The notes under the pieces: generated by a model
What the model was told of the DNA's origin: nothing
The model's database searches: none
What the model saw: the letters and a program-made list of their open reading frames with translations, nothing else
Source: an uncultured Pseudomonadota bacterium
Lineage (GTDB): Bacteria; Oederibacteriota; Muellerivitia; Muellerivitales; Muellerivitaceae
NCBI GenBank assembly: GCA_963836235.1
Contig: CAWIIP010000001.1
Span: 160,001-224,000, forward strand
Direction of reading: 5' to 3'
Length of the DNA stretch: 64,000 bases
Program-made: the position numbers and the translations under genes
In this document: in pieces, positions 1 to 9,312 of the stretch
How positions within the stretch are numbered: position 1 is the stretch's first letter
Layout of the letters: every line of letters begins with the position of its first letter

Positions 1-2
1 GC

Positions 3-1100
3 ATTACTTCCTTCATGACCAAGTGCCTGCAAAAGGGCACCCGTGATAAAAGTTATGAAAAATTTTCAAATGAAATAGAAAGTTACGCGGCGCATTTGGA
101 CAGTTCTATGGAAAAAGACTATTGGTATGTCGCGCTGGATGTCCTGAAACCCCATTTTGAGCGGGCACTCGAGTTAATGGTGGAATCCTTTAGGGAACCT
201 GCCTTTTCACCGTCGGAGGTAGAAAAAGAAAAACAAATGCAGCTTTCGGCTATCTCCCGATTGAAGGATGATCCTGCTGAATACGCCCTTCTCCGATCCG
301 ATGTATTAACCTTTGATCAGACCCCTTACGCCCACATGCCTCTTGGAACCCGTAAAACGATCTCTCATCTCTCGGCTTTAGACGTTCGAAATTGGCACGA
401 AAAGTTTCTTTCCGCGGGGAATTTTACTTGGGTTGCTGTCGGGGACGTTGACTCTATCCGGTTAAAAAATTTTTTAAATTTAAAATTTAAAAAGATATTG
501 AGAAAAAAAAGAACCATCACAAAAATCAAAAAGACGATAACCCCGTTGACGGCACAAACACTACGGTTGAAAAGCAATAACCAACAAGCCAATTTGGTTC
601 TGGGATTTAAAGCTCCTGCCTTTCATTCGAACGACTATTTTCCATTCCGCGTTCTTAATACACTTCTGAACGGAATGGGAGGGAGACTATTTTCGGAATT
701 GCGCGAAAAAAGGAGCTTGGCTTATAGTGTTTTTGCGGCCCATGACGCTGGTGTTTTAGGAGGTATTTATCAAATCTATATTGGTTGTGCCCCGGAAAAA
801 ACCGAAGAGGCTAAAAAAGAAATGCTAAAAGTTATCGATTCCGTTATTCGAGGAACCTTCTCAAAAGGGGAAATTGACAGAGCAAAAACTTATATGATTG
901 GATTATACCAAGTAGGACTCCAAGCGAACCAATCACAGGTTCATTCTTATGCCCGTTATCAGATGTTGGGTTTCGGCGCTCTTTGGGTTGATAAATTTCC
1001 TGAACTTATTCAAAGGGTGACGCTTCGAGACATCCAAAAAGTCGCCCAAAAATATCTCGATACTGAAAATAAAACTTGGGTCTATTTGACTCCGGGGTGA
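3..1100 (+). CDS. M16 (insulinase/PqqL-like) zinc peptidase, C-terminal part; 5' end lies outside the window
   Basis: Frame is open to the window edge. Motifs RLFSELREKRSLAYSV, EVEKEK and IQRVTLRDIQKVAQKYL are typical of M16 C-domains. Confidence 0.85.
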   Translation: MTSFMTKCLQKGTRDKSYEKFSNEIESYAAHLDSSMEKDYWYVALDVLKPHFERALELMVESFREPAFSPSEVEKEKQMQLSAISRLKDDPAEYALLRSDVLTFDQTPYAHMPLGTRKTISHLSALDVRNWHEKFLSAGNFTWVAVGDVDSIRLKNFLNLKFKKILRKKRTITKIKKTITPLTAQTLRLKSNNQQANLVLGFKAPAFHSNDYFPFRVLNTLLNGMGGRLFSELREKRSLAYSVFAAHDAGVLGGIYQIYIGCAPEKTEEAKKEMLKVIDSVIRGTFSKGEIDRAKTYMIGLYQVGLQANQSQVHSYARYQMLGFGALWVDKFPELIQRVTLRDIQKVAQKYLDTENKTWVYLTPG

Positions 1101-1113
1101 AAGGAAATTATAA

Positions 1114-1422
1114 ATGTTTGTTTTGACGAATTTTTTAGGCGCGTTAACAGATTTGCTCGACTGGTTTTTGGGAGCGGCGATCATCCTGATTATTGTTCGG
1201 GCGCTTTTATCTTGGGTCAATCCGGACCCTTACAATAGTTTAGTGCGGGCCATTCAGGCCCTGTCCGAACCCTTTCTAAAACCCTTTCGACGTTTATTAC
1301 CACCATGGAAACTGAATGGGTTGGATTTATCACCCCTTTTAGCTGTTTTGGCCCTGGAATTCGCGAGAAGGTTCGTTATTGCCACCCTTTGGGATATCAT
1401 CAGCCGCCTTAAGTCCAATTAA
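1114..1422 (+). CDS. yggT: YggT family membrane protein
   Basis: IIVRALLSWVNPDPYN...SEPFLKPFRRLLP...LDLSPLL signature. Confidence 0.92.
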   Translation: MFVLTNFLGALTDLLDWFLGAAIILIIVRALLSWVNPDPYNSLVRAIQALSEPFLKPFRRLLPPWKLNGLDLSPLLAVLALEFARRFVIATLWDIISRLKSN

Positions 1423-1507
1423 GAGCTTTTTAACCATTCCGGGATGAATTATATTGAATCCGATTATTTACATTTTGTTTTGAATTACCGTTACTCGGGA
1501 GTTTGAG

Positions 1508-3865
1508 TTGTTTTTCAGGTCATTCTGCTTTTTCCAACGCTATTGGCTTTGCTATCTCTTTTTCCTCAGCCAACCCCTTTTCGCCCTTGAACCCCTACCG
1601 GAACAGGATGCTTATGGCTTAGGAATGGGAAGCGCGGTTGCCGCCATCGCAGGTGGAACCCATGCCATTGAGTGGAATCCCGCTGGAGTGGCGAGGGCCA
1701 ACGTTCCCATGGCCCAAATGGGATTAGGTTTTGATCCCGCTTCAATGGATATAGAGTTCAATACGAGTGTGTTATACCCGGTTCAAGACGGAACGGTATT
1801 TGCTTTATCCCAATTTTCCGATTTTCCAAAGTCTCCAACTTCAAGAACGACTTATGTGGGAACGGTCGCCCTGCCCCTCAATTCCTCCAAAGATTTTTTC
1901 GTGGGGTTGAACCTCAAATATTTAGCGATATCAACCCCCAACGGATCGGCGATTGAAAATGGCCAAGGGTTTGGATTGGATTTTGGATTGACTTATGATC
2001 TTCGCCGACCTCAGGGAACCATAGCTTCTTTCGCTCTTGCCATCAAAGACCTTGATACAGAAGTCCGATTTAACGATACGTTGGACCAGCCCATTACCCG
2101 AACCTTTATTTTGGGCGCTGCCTATGAAAATATCCAAGACACCCGGATCGAGATGGATTACGACATAATCGATCAAACGTTACAGGATAGTACTTTACAT
2201 AACCGACTGAGATTGGGCGTGGAAAGGTTTTTGGATGACAGGTTCTATTCGGTTCGTTTGGGGTATGACGATTTGTTTGGCAGCGATGGATATTTTTCCC
2301 TGGGCGCCGGTTATCATCCCAACCAGCCTTATGAAATTACTTATTCGTTTAGGGTTTCAACCAATGACGGCCGGTTTTCGCATTTTTTGTCACTTATTTA
2401 TCGTTTTGACGAGGCCAGTAAAAGCGAGCCAGCGGGTACGGTACCCGCGACCGCTTCTTCGTCCGTGATCAATCTTGGAGCTTCCGCGGATTTAACCCAA
2501 CCGCCGGCGATTTCGGGCAACCCCATTTCCTCCCCTCCGCTTCAAAAAATGTCCATTGTGGTTGATCCCTCTGTTTTTTCGCCTTCCGGAAATCAAAAAA
2601 CGACTTCCATTTCCTTTCCCGGAGATCGCTCAATTAATGTGGCTCGTTGGATAGTGATTATCCAGTCGTCCGACCAGAAGATTATCCGACGATTGGGTGG
2701 AACCGGTCCCATTGAACCGTCTTTCATTTGGGATGGCTTGGATGATGAAGGAAAGCCCCTTCCGGAAGGAAAATACAGAATTGGTTTAAAAACATTCAGC
2801 CAGAAAAACGACCTTCTTTCGGATGACTTTGCCTTGGTTGAGATTCTTTCGCCGCGATCCCATTTTGGAATCGAACCGACCGAAACCTATTTTTCAAAGC
2901 AGTCCTCTAAAAACAAAAGAAACGAAATAACCTTTAATGTTAACGCGGGCGGTTCACCTGAAGTTCAATCTTGGAACTTTGAAATCGACGAATCTCAGAC
3001 CCGCCAAGTTTTTTATGAAAAGTCTGGAAAATCCAGGCTGCCCAAATCCATCAAGTGGAGCGGCCGCAATTCGAGAGGAGAATCGGTGCCCGACGGGTCT
3101 TATATATGCCTCCTGACTGCGGTGGATAAGGCCGGGAATTCCCTTAAAACGGATGCAGTTCAAATTTTCGTTCATAATGCTCCGCCGGAATTATCCTTTG
3201 CGGACGAGGATAACTTGGTTGACTTTTCGTCCGCAAAGAAACTTCATTTCAATGTCAATTTGGTTGATTCAATCGGGGTCGAAAGCTGGAAATTGATCAT
3301 TTTGGACGAAGATCATCAGCCTCTCAAAATATTGGAAGGTATGGGTCAGCCCTCCAAAGACCTCATGTGGGACGGAAAAATCGACAATGGTCGTGATATA
3401 GAACCGGGTGCATTCATTCAGTGTTTTTTTTCAGCCACCGACAAAGCTGGAAACACAACCCTATCCGATCCGATTCCCATCCAGGTGGATTACCATCCCC
3501 CTTCGAACCAAGAACAATTGACGCTCAATTTAACAACGGTTCACTTCGATTCGATGAGTTCTAACTTGACTGAATCGGGAAAGAGGGAAATCGAAAAGGC
3601 TGCCGAGTCGATAAAGCCTTACATCCAAAAAAGCATTCTACTGGTCAAAGGTTATGCCGCGCCCTCCGAATCCGGGGATACCCTTTCTTTGTCCCACTCA
3701 AGAGCTCTCGAAGTGAAAAAATACCTTATTCAAACTCTTAAAATTCCGGCCGACACAATTCTTGCGATTGGTTATTCCAACCGGGATCCATTGAAATCTT
3801 CTTCGAATACCGTCTCTGAAGACCAGCAACGTCGGGCGGTTCTTACTTTGACCACATTGCCCTAA
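1508..3865 (+). CDS. PorV/PorQ-like outer-membrane beta-barrel fused to about three FlgD-type Ig domains and a C-terminal OmpA-like domain
   Basis: Signal peptide. GMGSAVAAIAGGTHAIEWNPAG is a PorV/FadL-like N-terminus. Repeated WDGxDxxGxxxxxGxY motifs. C-terminal VHFDSMSS...LSHSRALEVKKYL...QQRRAV. Confidence 0.7.
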   Translation: MFFRSFCFFQRYWLCYLFFLSQPLFALEPLPEQDAYGLGMGSAVAAIAGGTHAIEWNPAGVARANVPMAQMGLGFDPASMDIEFNTSVLYPVQDGTVFALSQFSDFPKSPTSRTTYVGTVALPLNSSKDFFVGLNLKYLAISTPNGSAIENGQGFGLDFGLTYDLRRPQGTIASFALAIKDLDTEVRFNDTLDQPITRTFILGAAYENIQDTRIEMDYDIIDQTLQDSTLHNRLRLGVERFLDDRFYSVRLGYDDLFGSDGYFSLGAGYHPNQPYEITYSFRVSTNDGRFSHFLSLIYRFDEASKSEPAGTVPATASSSVINLGASADLTQPPAISGNPISSPPLQKMSIVVDPSVFSPSGNQKTTSISFPGDRSINVARWIVIIQSSDQKIIRRLGGTGPIEPSFIWDGLDDEGKPLPEGKYRIGLKTFSQKNDLLSDDFALVEILSPRSHFGIEPTETYFSKQSSKNKRNEITFNVNAGGSPEVQSWNFEIDESQTRQVFYEKSGKSRLPKSIKWSGRNSRGESVPDGSYICLLTAVDKAGNSLKTDAVQIFVHNAPPELSFADEDNLVDFSSAKKLHFNVNLVDSIGVESWKLIILDEDHQPLKILEGMGQPSKDLMWDGKIDNGRDIEPGAFIQCFFSATDKAGNTTLSDPIPIQVDYHPPSNQEQLTLNLTTVHFDSMSSNLTESGKREIEKAAESIKPYIQKSILLVKGYAAPSESGDTLSLSHSRALEVKKYLIQTLKIPADTILAIGYSNRDPLKSSSNTVSEDQQRRAVLTLTTLP

Positions 3866-3959
3866 GACGATCCCCGGCAATAAAACGATTCATTTCCATG
3901 GTCCCCTCAAAATTTGTTAATATGGGTCGAAAAATTCCTTTTCGGGATAGACCCTTGTC

Positions 3960-5270
3960 ATGAAAAAACTTCTCTTTTTGTTTTTATTCGCCGCGCTTTT
4001 CTTTGGCTTGACCCAGTTTTTAGTCCAACGAAATCATGATGTTTTAAATGACGCATCCGTCATTCATTTGACGCTATGGAACGTCCCCCCTAAATCCTTG
4101 CCCCTGGACCGGCAGCTTTGGGAAGAAACGGTCAGCCGTTTTGAAAAAGAAAATCCGGATATCAAAATCGATGGGGTTGAAAGGGAATATCAACCGGAAG
4201 AGTTCATCACCGTTATGGCTGGGGGGAAAGGCCCGGATTTGGTCAAGGTTTGGGCGGGTTCCATTCAAACCCTCGCATCCCTCGGGTTTTTGGAGCCTAT
4301 TGATACCTACATCCAAAACTGGACCCAACAAGATTTCATCAATCCGGTTTTATGGCAGAGTACCCAAGTTGGCAACCACTTGTACGGTATTCCCGCCGAC
4401 ACTTATTTCCTATTTTTGCTTTATCGAAAGGATCTTTTTATCAAAGCCGGTTTAAATCCCGATAATCCTCCGGCTACTTGGGACGATCTTGTGACGGATG
4501 CAAGGGCTCTAACCCATCGGGAAAATGGACAGTATGGGCTTGGCTTAGTCCCCAAAACATGGTATTTCCAAGACTTTGTCTGGCAGGCTGGAGGGGAAAT
4601 GGTCCGGATAGAAAATGGAAGGCCCCATGCCGCCTTTTCAGAAGCCCCGGCCGTCCTTGCCTTGAAGTTTTGGAAGGATTTAAGATGGAAATACAATGTT
4701 CTTCAACCCGACGTCCTCATACAGGAACCCGAGCTTTTGCATTTGTTCGCCCTTGGAAAAGTCGGCATGATTTTGGGAGTGGCGGACGAACTGCCTGCCC
4801 TGATCAGCCGATATAAAATTGATCCACAAACTTTTGGGATCGCCCCATTGCCGGCCGGCCCCGCCGGCCGGGCCGCCCATCTCGGGGGGAATATCTATGT
4901 GATCAACGCTTCTTCAGCGGATGAAAAAAAGAAGGCGGCTTGGAAATGGATCGAATTTGAGCTCTCGCCCTTGAACCAATTATGGAAATGGGAAAGGATG
5001 CATCAGCTTGCCATGGTCATTTTCCCAGGGGCCTTTGGATCATCAACGGAAGTTGCCAATATCCCGGAATTTAAACTGGTCAAAGACGCCTTGGACACCG
5101 CCAAATTCGAGCCCCATGTTAATGGTTGGCCGCAGGTTCGGGATCTTTTAGACGAGGATCCGCTGCAAAATATCTTTTTAGACCCGGACGCGGATCCCCA
5201 AAATTTATTGACGGCTTTTGCTAAAGAAGCGGACCGGGATATTCTTTTAAAAGAATCCCCATCCCCCTAG
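3960..5270 (+). CDS. Carbohydrate ABC transporter substrate-binding protein (family 1)
   Basis: FEKENPDIKI, GPDLV, LYGIP, LLYRKDLF, PPATWDDL and AAWKWIEF motifs. Confidence 0.9.
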   Translation: MKKLLFLFLFAALFFGLTQFLVQRNHDVLNDASVIHLTLWNVPPKSLPLDRQLWEETVSRFEKENPDIKIDGVEREYQPEEFITVMAGGKGPDLVKVWAGSIQTLASLGFLEPIDTYIQNWTQQDFINPVLWQSTQVGNHLYGIPADTYFLFLLYRKDLFIKAGLNPDNPPATWDDLVTDARALTHRENGQYGLGLVPKTWYFQDFVWQAGGEMVRIENGRPHAAFSEAPAVLALKFWKDLRWKYNVLQPDVLIQEPELLHLFALGKVGMILGVADELPALISRYKIDPQTFGIAPLPAGPAGRAAHLGGNIYVINASSADEKKKAAWKWIEFELSPLNQLWKWERMHQLAMVIFPGAFGSSTEVANIPEFKLVKDALDTAKFEPHVNGWPQVRDLLDEDPLQNIFLDPDADPQNLLTAFAKEADRDILLKESPSP

Positions 5271-5319
5271 TTGAAATGATAAAGGTATCCGTTTTATATC
5301 TGACCAGGAGTTTCGTTTA

Positions 5320-6591
5320 ATGCCAGAGTACAAGCCTTTTTCAATTTATGACGATGATGAAGAAAAAGACAAATCCATTATTATTCCAAAAGAAATGGCG
5401 GATGGAGGTGGTGAACTTAACCTGGAGATCGAGGATGTTCCTACTCGCAATGATGAAGAGATCCGTCGGGGCGCAATACAATCATTAGGTGAAGTGGATT
5501 CTTTCGTGACCGAAAAAAGTTCCGGCCCCGGAATATCCGAATCCCTGGAACAAACCCCCTTTCTTCAAGGCCTATCCGCAGAAAGCGTTGAAGATAGGGC
5601 GAAGGCCATGATTCGGAAACGCCAGGAAACAGGGAAGATTCGTGACCGCCGCAAAACCGCTTCTATTTTTGATAAGCCCATTGAACCGGACAAAGCCATA
5701 AAACAAGGCCGGGTGGCTTGGCATCCCCTGAGTTATCGGGCGCAAGCTTTTTGGTTTTTATTCCCGGCCCTTGTTTTTTTTGGTCTTTTTTATCTTTATC
5801 CTACGATCAAAGGTTTCCAAATTAGCTTGACGCATTACAGCCCCTTGGGCCAGAGCGTGGATGTCGGTTGGAATAATTACAACAGAGCCTTTGATGATTC
5901 CCGCTTTATTCAAACGGTTGCCAACGCGACCTTTTTTACCTTGTTTTCCTTGGTGCTTGGCCTATGGCCGCCAATATTATTGGCGGTGTTTCTTAATGAA
6001 ATCACGTTTGGAAAAGGGCTGTTTAAAGTGCTTTATCTTTTGCCTTTTGTCATTCCCGCCATACCCGCCGCAAATCTTTGGAAATGGATGTTTGACCAGG
6101 GCTTTGGCGTTTTCAACTCGATTTTGATTTGGATATCCCCCTCCATCACTCCCGTGGGATGGCTGACGGATCCCAGATGGGCCCTCATTTCCATCGTGAT
6201 CATGTTTGTTTGGAAAAACACAGGCTGGTTCATGTTGATTTACTATGCCTCGCTTCAAAATTTGCCCGAAGAATTTTATGAAGCCGCAGAACTAGATGGC
6301 GCCGGTCTCGTAAAGAAATTTTTCAATATCACCATACCCCATTTGGGCCCCGTCATTGGAATTTTGTCGGTTATCCAGGTTCTCACGGCATTCCAGATAT
6401 TCACTGAGGTGTACGTCATGACGAACGGCGGTCCCATGCACGCAACCGAAGTCATTGGAACTTATATTTATAAGACGGCTTTTGGAGCGATGGATTTGGG
6501 CTATGCTTCGGCGATGGCGATGTTGATGTTCGGAGTTTTATTCGTTTTTACCATGATTCGATTCCTACAAATGAGACAAACGGCCCGATGA
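5320..6591 (+). CDS. Carbohydrate ABC transporter permease (MalF/UgpA-like) with a long hydrophilic N-terminal extension
   Basis: EAA loop EEFYEAAELDGAG, VGWNNY and DLGYASAMA. The first ~135 aa are hydrophilic. Confidence 0.9.
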   Translation: MPEYKPFSIYDDDEEKDKSIIIPKEMADGGGELNLEIEDVPTRNDEEIRRGAIQSLGEVDSFVTEKSSGPGISESLEQTPFLQGLSAESVEDRAKAMIRKRQETGKIRDRRKTASIFDKPIEPDKAIKQGRVAWHPLSYRAQAFWFLFPALVFFGLFYLYPTIKGFQISLTHYSPLGQSVDVGWNNYNRAFDDSRFIQTVANATFFTLFSLVLGLWPPILLAVFLNEITFGKGLFKVLYLLPFVIPAIPAANLWKWMFDQGFGVFNSILIWISPSITPVGWLTDPRWALISIVIMFVWKNTGWFMLIYYASLQNLPEEFYEAAELDGAGLVKKFFNITIPHLGPVIGILSVIQVLTAFQIFTEVYVMTNGGPMHATEVIGTYIYKTAFGAMDLGYASAMAMLMFGVLFVFTMIRFLQMRQTAR

Positions 6592-6609
6592 CCGAAAGAA
6601 AAGGTTGAA

Positions 6610-7539
6610 ATGGAAAATTTCGTGACAGTGGTTCAAGGAAAAGGCAAAGTAAAACAAGCCCGGGGCCTGTTTTCATCACTGGACCGGAAGAAAAAACGGG
6701 TCCAGCTTCTTTTAACGGGTTCCTTTGTTTTTTTAGCCCTAGGCGCCTTGATTACTTTGGCCCCGATTTTATGGATGGTACTGGGTTCCTTCAAGACACC
6801 GTCCGAAATTTATTCCGTCCCTCAATCCTATGTTCCGGAAAATTTTAACTTTGATAATTTCCGGGAGGCGTTGAGACTGGTCGACTTCGACCGGTATTTC
6901 CTGAACAGTTTATTTATGTGTGCCTGTGTTGTCACAGGCCAACTACTGATCAGCTCCATGGCGGCCTATTCCCTGACCAAGTTACGCGTCCGGTTCGCGG
7001 GGGGGATATTGCTGCTTTTTATGACAAGCCTTATGGTTCCTTTTGAAGTTTTGGTCATACCCCTTTATTTGATCATTAAATTTTTTCCTTTCGGCCAAGG
7101 TTTCCAAAACATTAATCTCGTTAATACCTATTGGGCTCTCATCCTGCCAGGTGTTTTCAGCGCCTTTAGCATTATCGTGTTGAAAGATTTTTATGATTCC
7201 ATCCCGAATGAGATTATCTATGCGGCCCGAATTGATGGCTGCAGCGAAGCCAGGGTTTTTTTCCGTTTTATCCTTCCGATGACGAAGCCCATTATGTCCA
7301 TTCTTGGTATTTTTTCTTTTGTCACGACCTGGAACAGCTTTTTTTGGCCCCTAATTGTTTTGAACAATCCAAATTATTATCCTCTTGTTTTGGGTGTCCA
7401 AAAACTAATTGACACGGGAGAACCTTGGAATGTCGTGATGGCTGCCCTTGTTTTGAGCACCATTCCCTCAGTTCTTCTGCTTCTTGTTTTCCAAAAAACA
7501 ATCATTCGGGGGATCGCCTATACGGGTTTGTACGGTTGA
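6610..7539 (+). CDS. Carbohydrate ABC transporter permease (MalG/UgpE-like)
   Basis: IPNEIIYAARIDGCSE, WNSFFWPL and FLNS motifs. Confidence 0.9.
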   Translation: MENFVTVVQGKGKVKQARGLFSSLDRKKKRVQLLLTGSFVFLALGALITLAPILWMVLGSFKTPSEIYSVPQSYVPENFNFDNFREALRLVDFDRYFLNSLFMCACVVTGQLLISSMAAYSLTKLRVRFAGGILLLFMTSLMVPFEVLVIPLYLIIKFFPFGQGFQNINLVNTYWALILPGVFSAFSIIVLKDFYDSIPNEIIYAARIDGCSEARVFFRFILPMTKPIMSILGIFSFVTTWNSFFWPLIVLNNPNYYPLVLGVQKLIDTGEPWNVVMAALVLSTIPSVLLLLVFQKTIIRGIAYTGLYG

Positions 7540-8114
7540 TGGGGTCTTCGAAACTAGCCCAAATCCAAAAGTGGGTTCCAACCCAGGTGAGCCGCCCTCG
7601 TTTAAATCACATTCAAGGGGTCGTCAAAATATCAGAGGGATTGGCGATCCGGTACGGCTTGCCAATTTACAAAGCCCGTGTAGCTGCTTGGCTGCATGAT
7701 TGCGCGAAGGAGTGGTCCAAGGTTGAAATGATGGCTTGGATTAAAAAGGGTTCGGGAGGTTTGGATCGAATGGAAAAGGACATGCCCGGACTCTGGCATC
7801 CCCATGCTGCCGAGGGAATCGCCCTTCGAAAATGGGGAATTAAAGATCCGAGCATTCTTGAGGCTATTCGGTGCCATACCTTGGGGCATCCGAAAATGAC
7901 TCCTTTGGCCCAATTGGTGTTTATCGCTGATTTTATCGAACCAGGCCGTCATTTTCCTGGAGTCTCCGGGGCTAGAAATAGGGCTTTTGAAGGATTGAGA
8001 GTCGGAGTTTTAACTAAAGCCTCGTTGACGATCGAATTCTTATTGGAGAAGAAAATGAAAATCCACCCCCGCCTTCTCGAAACCTGGAATTCTTTTTGCG
8101 GTGGTGGGAAATGA
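7539..8114 (+). CDS. yqeK: YqeK HD-domain symmetric Ap4A hydrolase
   Basis: RLNHIQGV, LHDCAK, WHPH, AIRCHTLG and ADFIEPGR. Start moved to the ATG that overlaps the upstream TGA (TGATG). Confidence 0.85.
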   Translation: MGSSKLAQIQKWVPTQVSRPRLNHIQGVVKISEGLAIRYGLPIYKARVAAWLHDCAKEWSKVEMMAWIKKGSGGLDRMEKDMPGLWHPHAAEGIALRKWGIKDPSILEAIRCHTLGHPKMTPLAQLVFIADFIEPGRHFPGVSGARNRAFEGLRVGVLTKASLTIEFLLEKKMKIHPRLLETWNSFCGGGK

Positions 8115-8965
8115 GAAAAACAGCAACCGCCTTTATCCTTGTTTTCGCGAGTTCGCTTTCCATTTTTGCCTTTTCTTTTTTGGCGAGTCATCCCGTGACT
8201 TTGTTTCTGTTAAAAGGGCAGGGCGATAATATCCAAGCGTTCAAAATAAGCGCTTATTTAAACGACCAGTACCCAAAGGTGGAAGCAATAAAACTCTCGG
8301 TCGAACAGAAAAAAGAAGGTGGGAAACTGCTCGACCAAAAAAACGAAAGTGATTTAGAGGAATTTTCAAAGGGTTTCGGTTCCTATTCCGCGGTGATAGG
8401 AATGCCTGGTGAGGGAGAAGGTTGGCCGGATTATTTAGGCGAGGGCTTGAAATGGATCGAGGGTGGAATGGCGCCGGAGGTTTTTGACAACCTGCAATGG
8501 GCCGATCGGGTTTATTTGGCCTTTTCCCTTAAGACTCCGCTACTCCAGTTTTTCCCGGCTGGTGAATTGCCATCAAACCAGGTCGTTGAAAATAAGGTGG
8601 CGGCAAATTCCACGATTGTCGTCAGCACGCTTATCCCGGAGAATCACATTGGCGCGGTCCGAGTGGAAATCCTAAATGGTTGTGGTATAACTAATGCCGC
8701 TGAGTGGGCCGCCCGACGGATGAAAGGGGCTGGAATCACCATCATCGATTCCGGTAACGCGGATAATTTTAACTATCCCAAAACCGTCGTCCGGACCTCC
8801 GGGGAAATACCAATGGCATTGGAAGAGGCTTTGGGTCGATTGGGCCTTTCCAAGGATTCGATACAGGAAAACCCAGCTTCCAGCCCAACAGTCGATGCGG
8901 TTGTCATCGTGGGAAGGGATTTTCACAAATTGAAAGGGCGTCGTTATGAGCGAAATCATTACTGA
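8111..8965 (+). CDS. Membrane protein with a LytR C-terminal domain (LCP domain degenerate or absent)
   Basis: N-terminal TM helix. C-terminal VRVEILNGCGITNAA...GNADNFNYPKT...DAVVIVGRDF matches LytR_C. Confidence 0.8.
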   Translation: MRKTATAFILVFASSLSIFAFSFLASHPVTLFLLKGQGDNIQAFKISAYLNDQYPKVEAIKLSVEQKKEGGKLLDQKNESDLEEFSKGFGSYSAVIGMPGEGEGWPDYLGEGLKWIEGGMAPEVFDNLQWADRVYLAFSLKTPLLQFFPAGELPSNQVVENKVAANSTIVVSTLIPENHIGAVRVEILNGCGITNAAEWAARRMKGAGITIIDSGNADNFNYPKTVVRTSGEIPMALEEALGRLGLSKDSIQENPASSPTVDAVVIVGRDFHKLKGRRYERNHY

Positions 8966-9311
8966 ACGTAACAAATTCAAAAAATTATTTTCCAATACGA
9001 CCTCCAGGATATTGTTGGGGGTTTGGCTGATCGTTAAGGGATCTCGTTTTTCCATGAGGTCCATCGCGGAACTGATCTCCTTTCCCGAGGACGCTTTGGA
9101 GGCCAAACTTCAAACCTTCGCCGGAATGGGATTGGTCCACGTGACGTCCGGAACTGACGGAGAAAGACAAGTGGAGTTTTTGCCGGCGCCGACCCCGGAG
9201 ATTGAAAAAATTATTTGGGAGTTATTCGATGGACGAAAAAGTGATTTCGATTCCGTCGAACTCAAGATGCGTTCCTTGATTTATAAAAATTTATTGACGA
9301 TGCCCCTCTAA
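8946..9311 (+). CDS. Hypothetical protein, possibly winged-helix
   Basis: Tightly coupled between lytR_C and argS. The segment SIAELISFPEDALEAKLQTFAGMGLV resembles an HTH plus wing. Confidence 0.6.
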   Translation: MSEIITERNKFKKLFSNTTSRILLGVWLIVKGSRFSMRSIAELISFPEDALEAKLQTFAGMGLVHVTSGTDGERQVEFLPAPTPEIEKIIWELFDGRKSDFDSVELKMRSLIYKNLLTMPL

Positions 9312-9312
9312 T

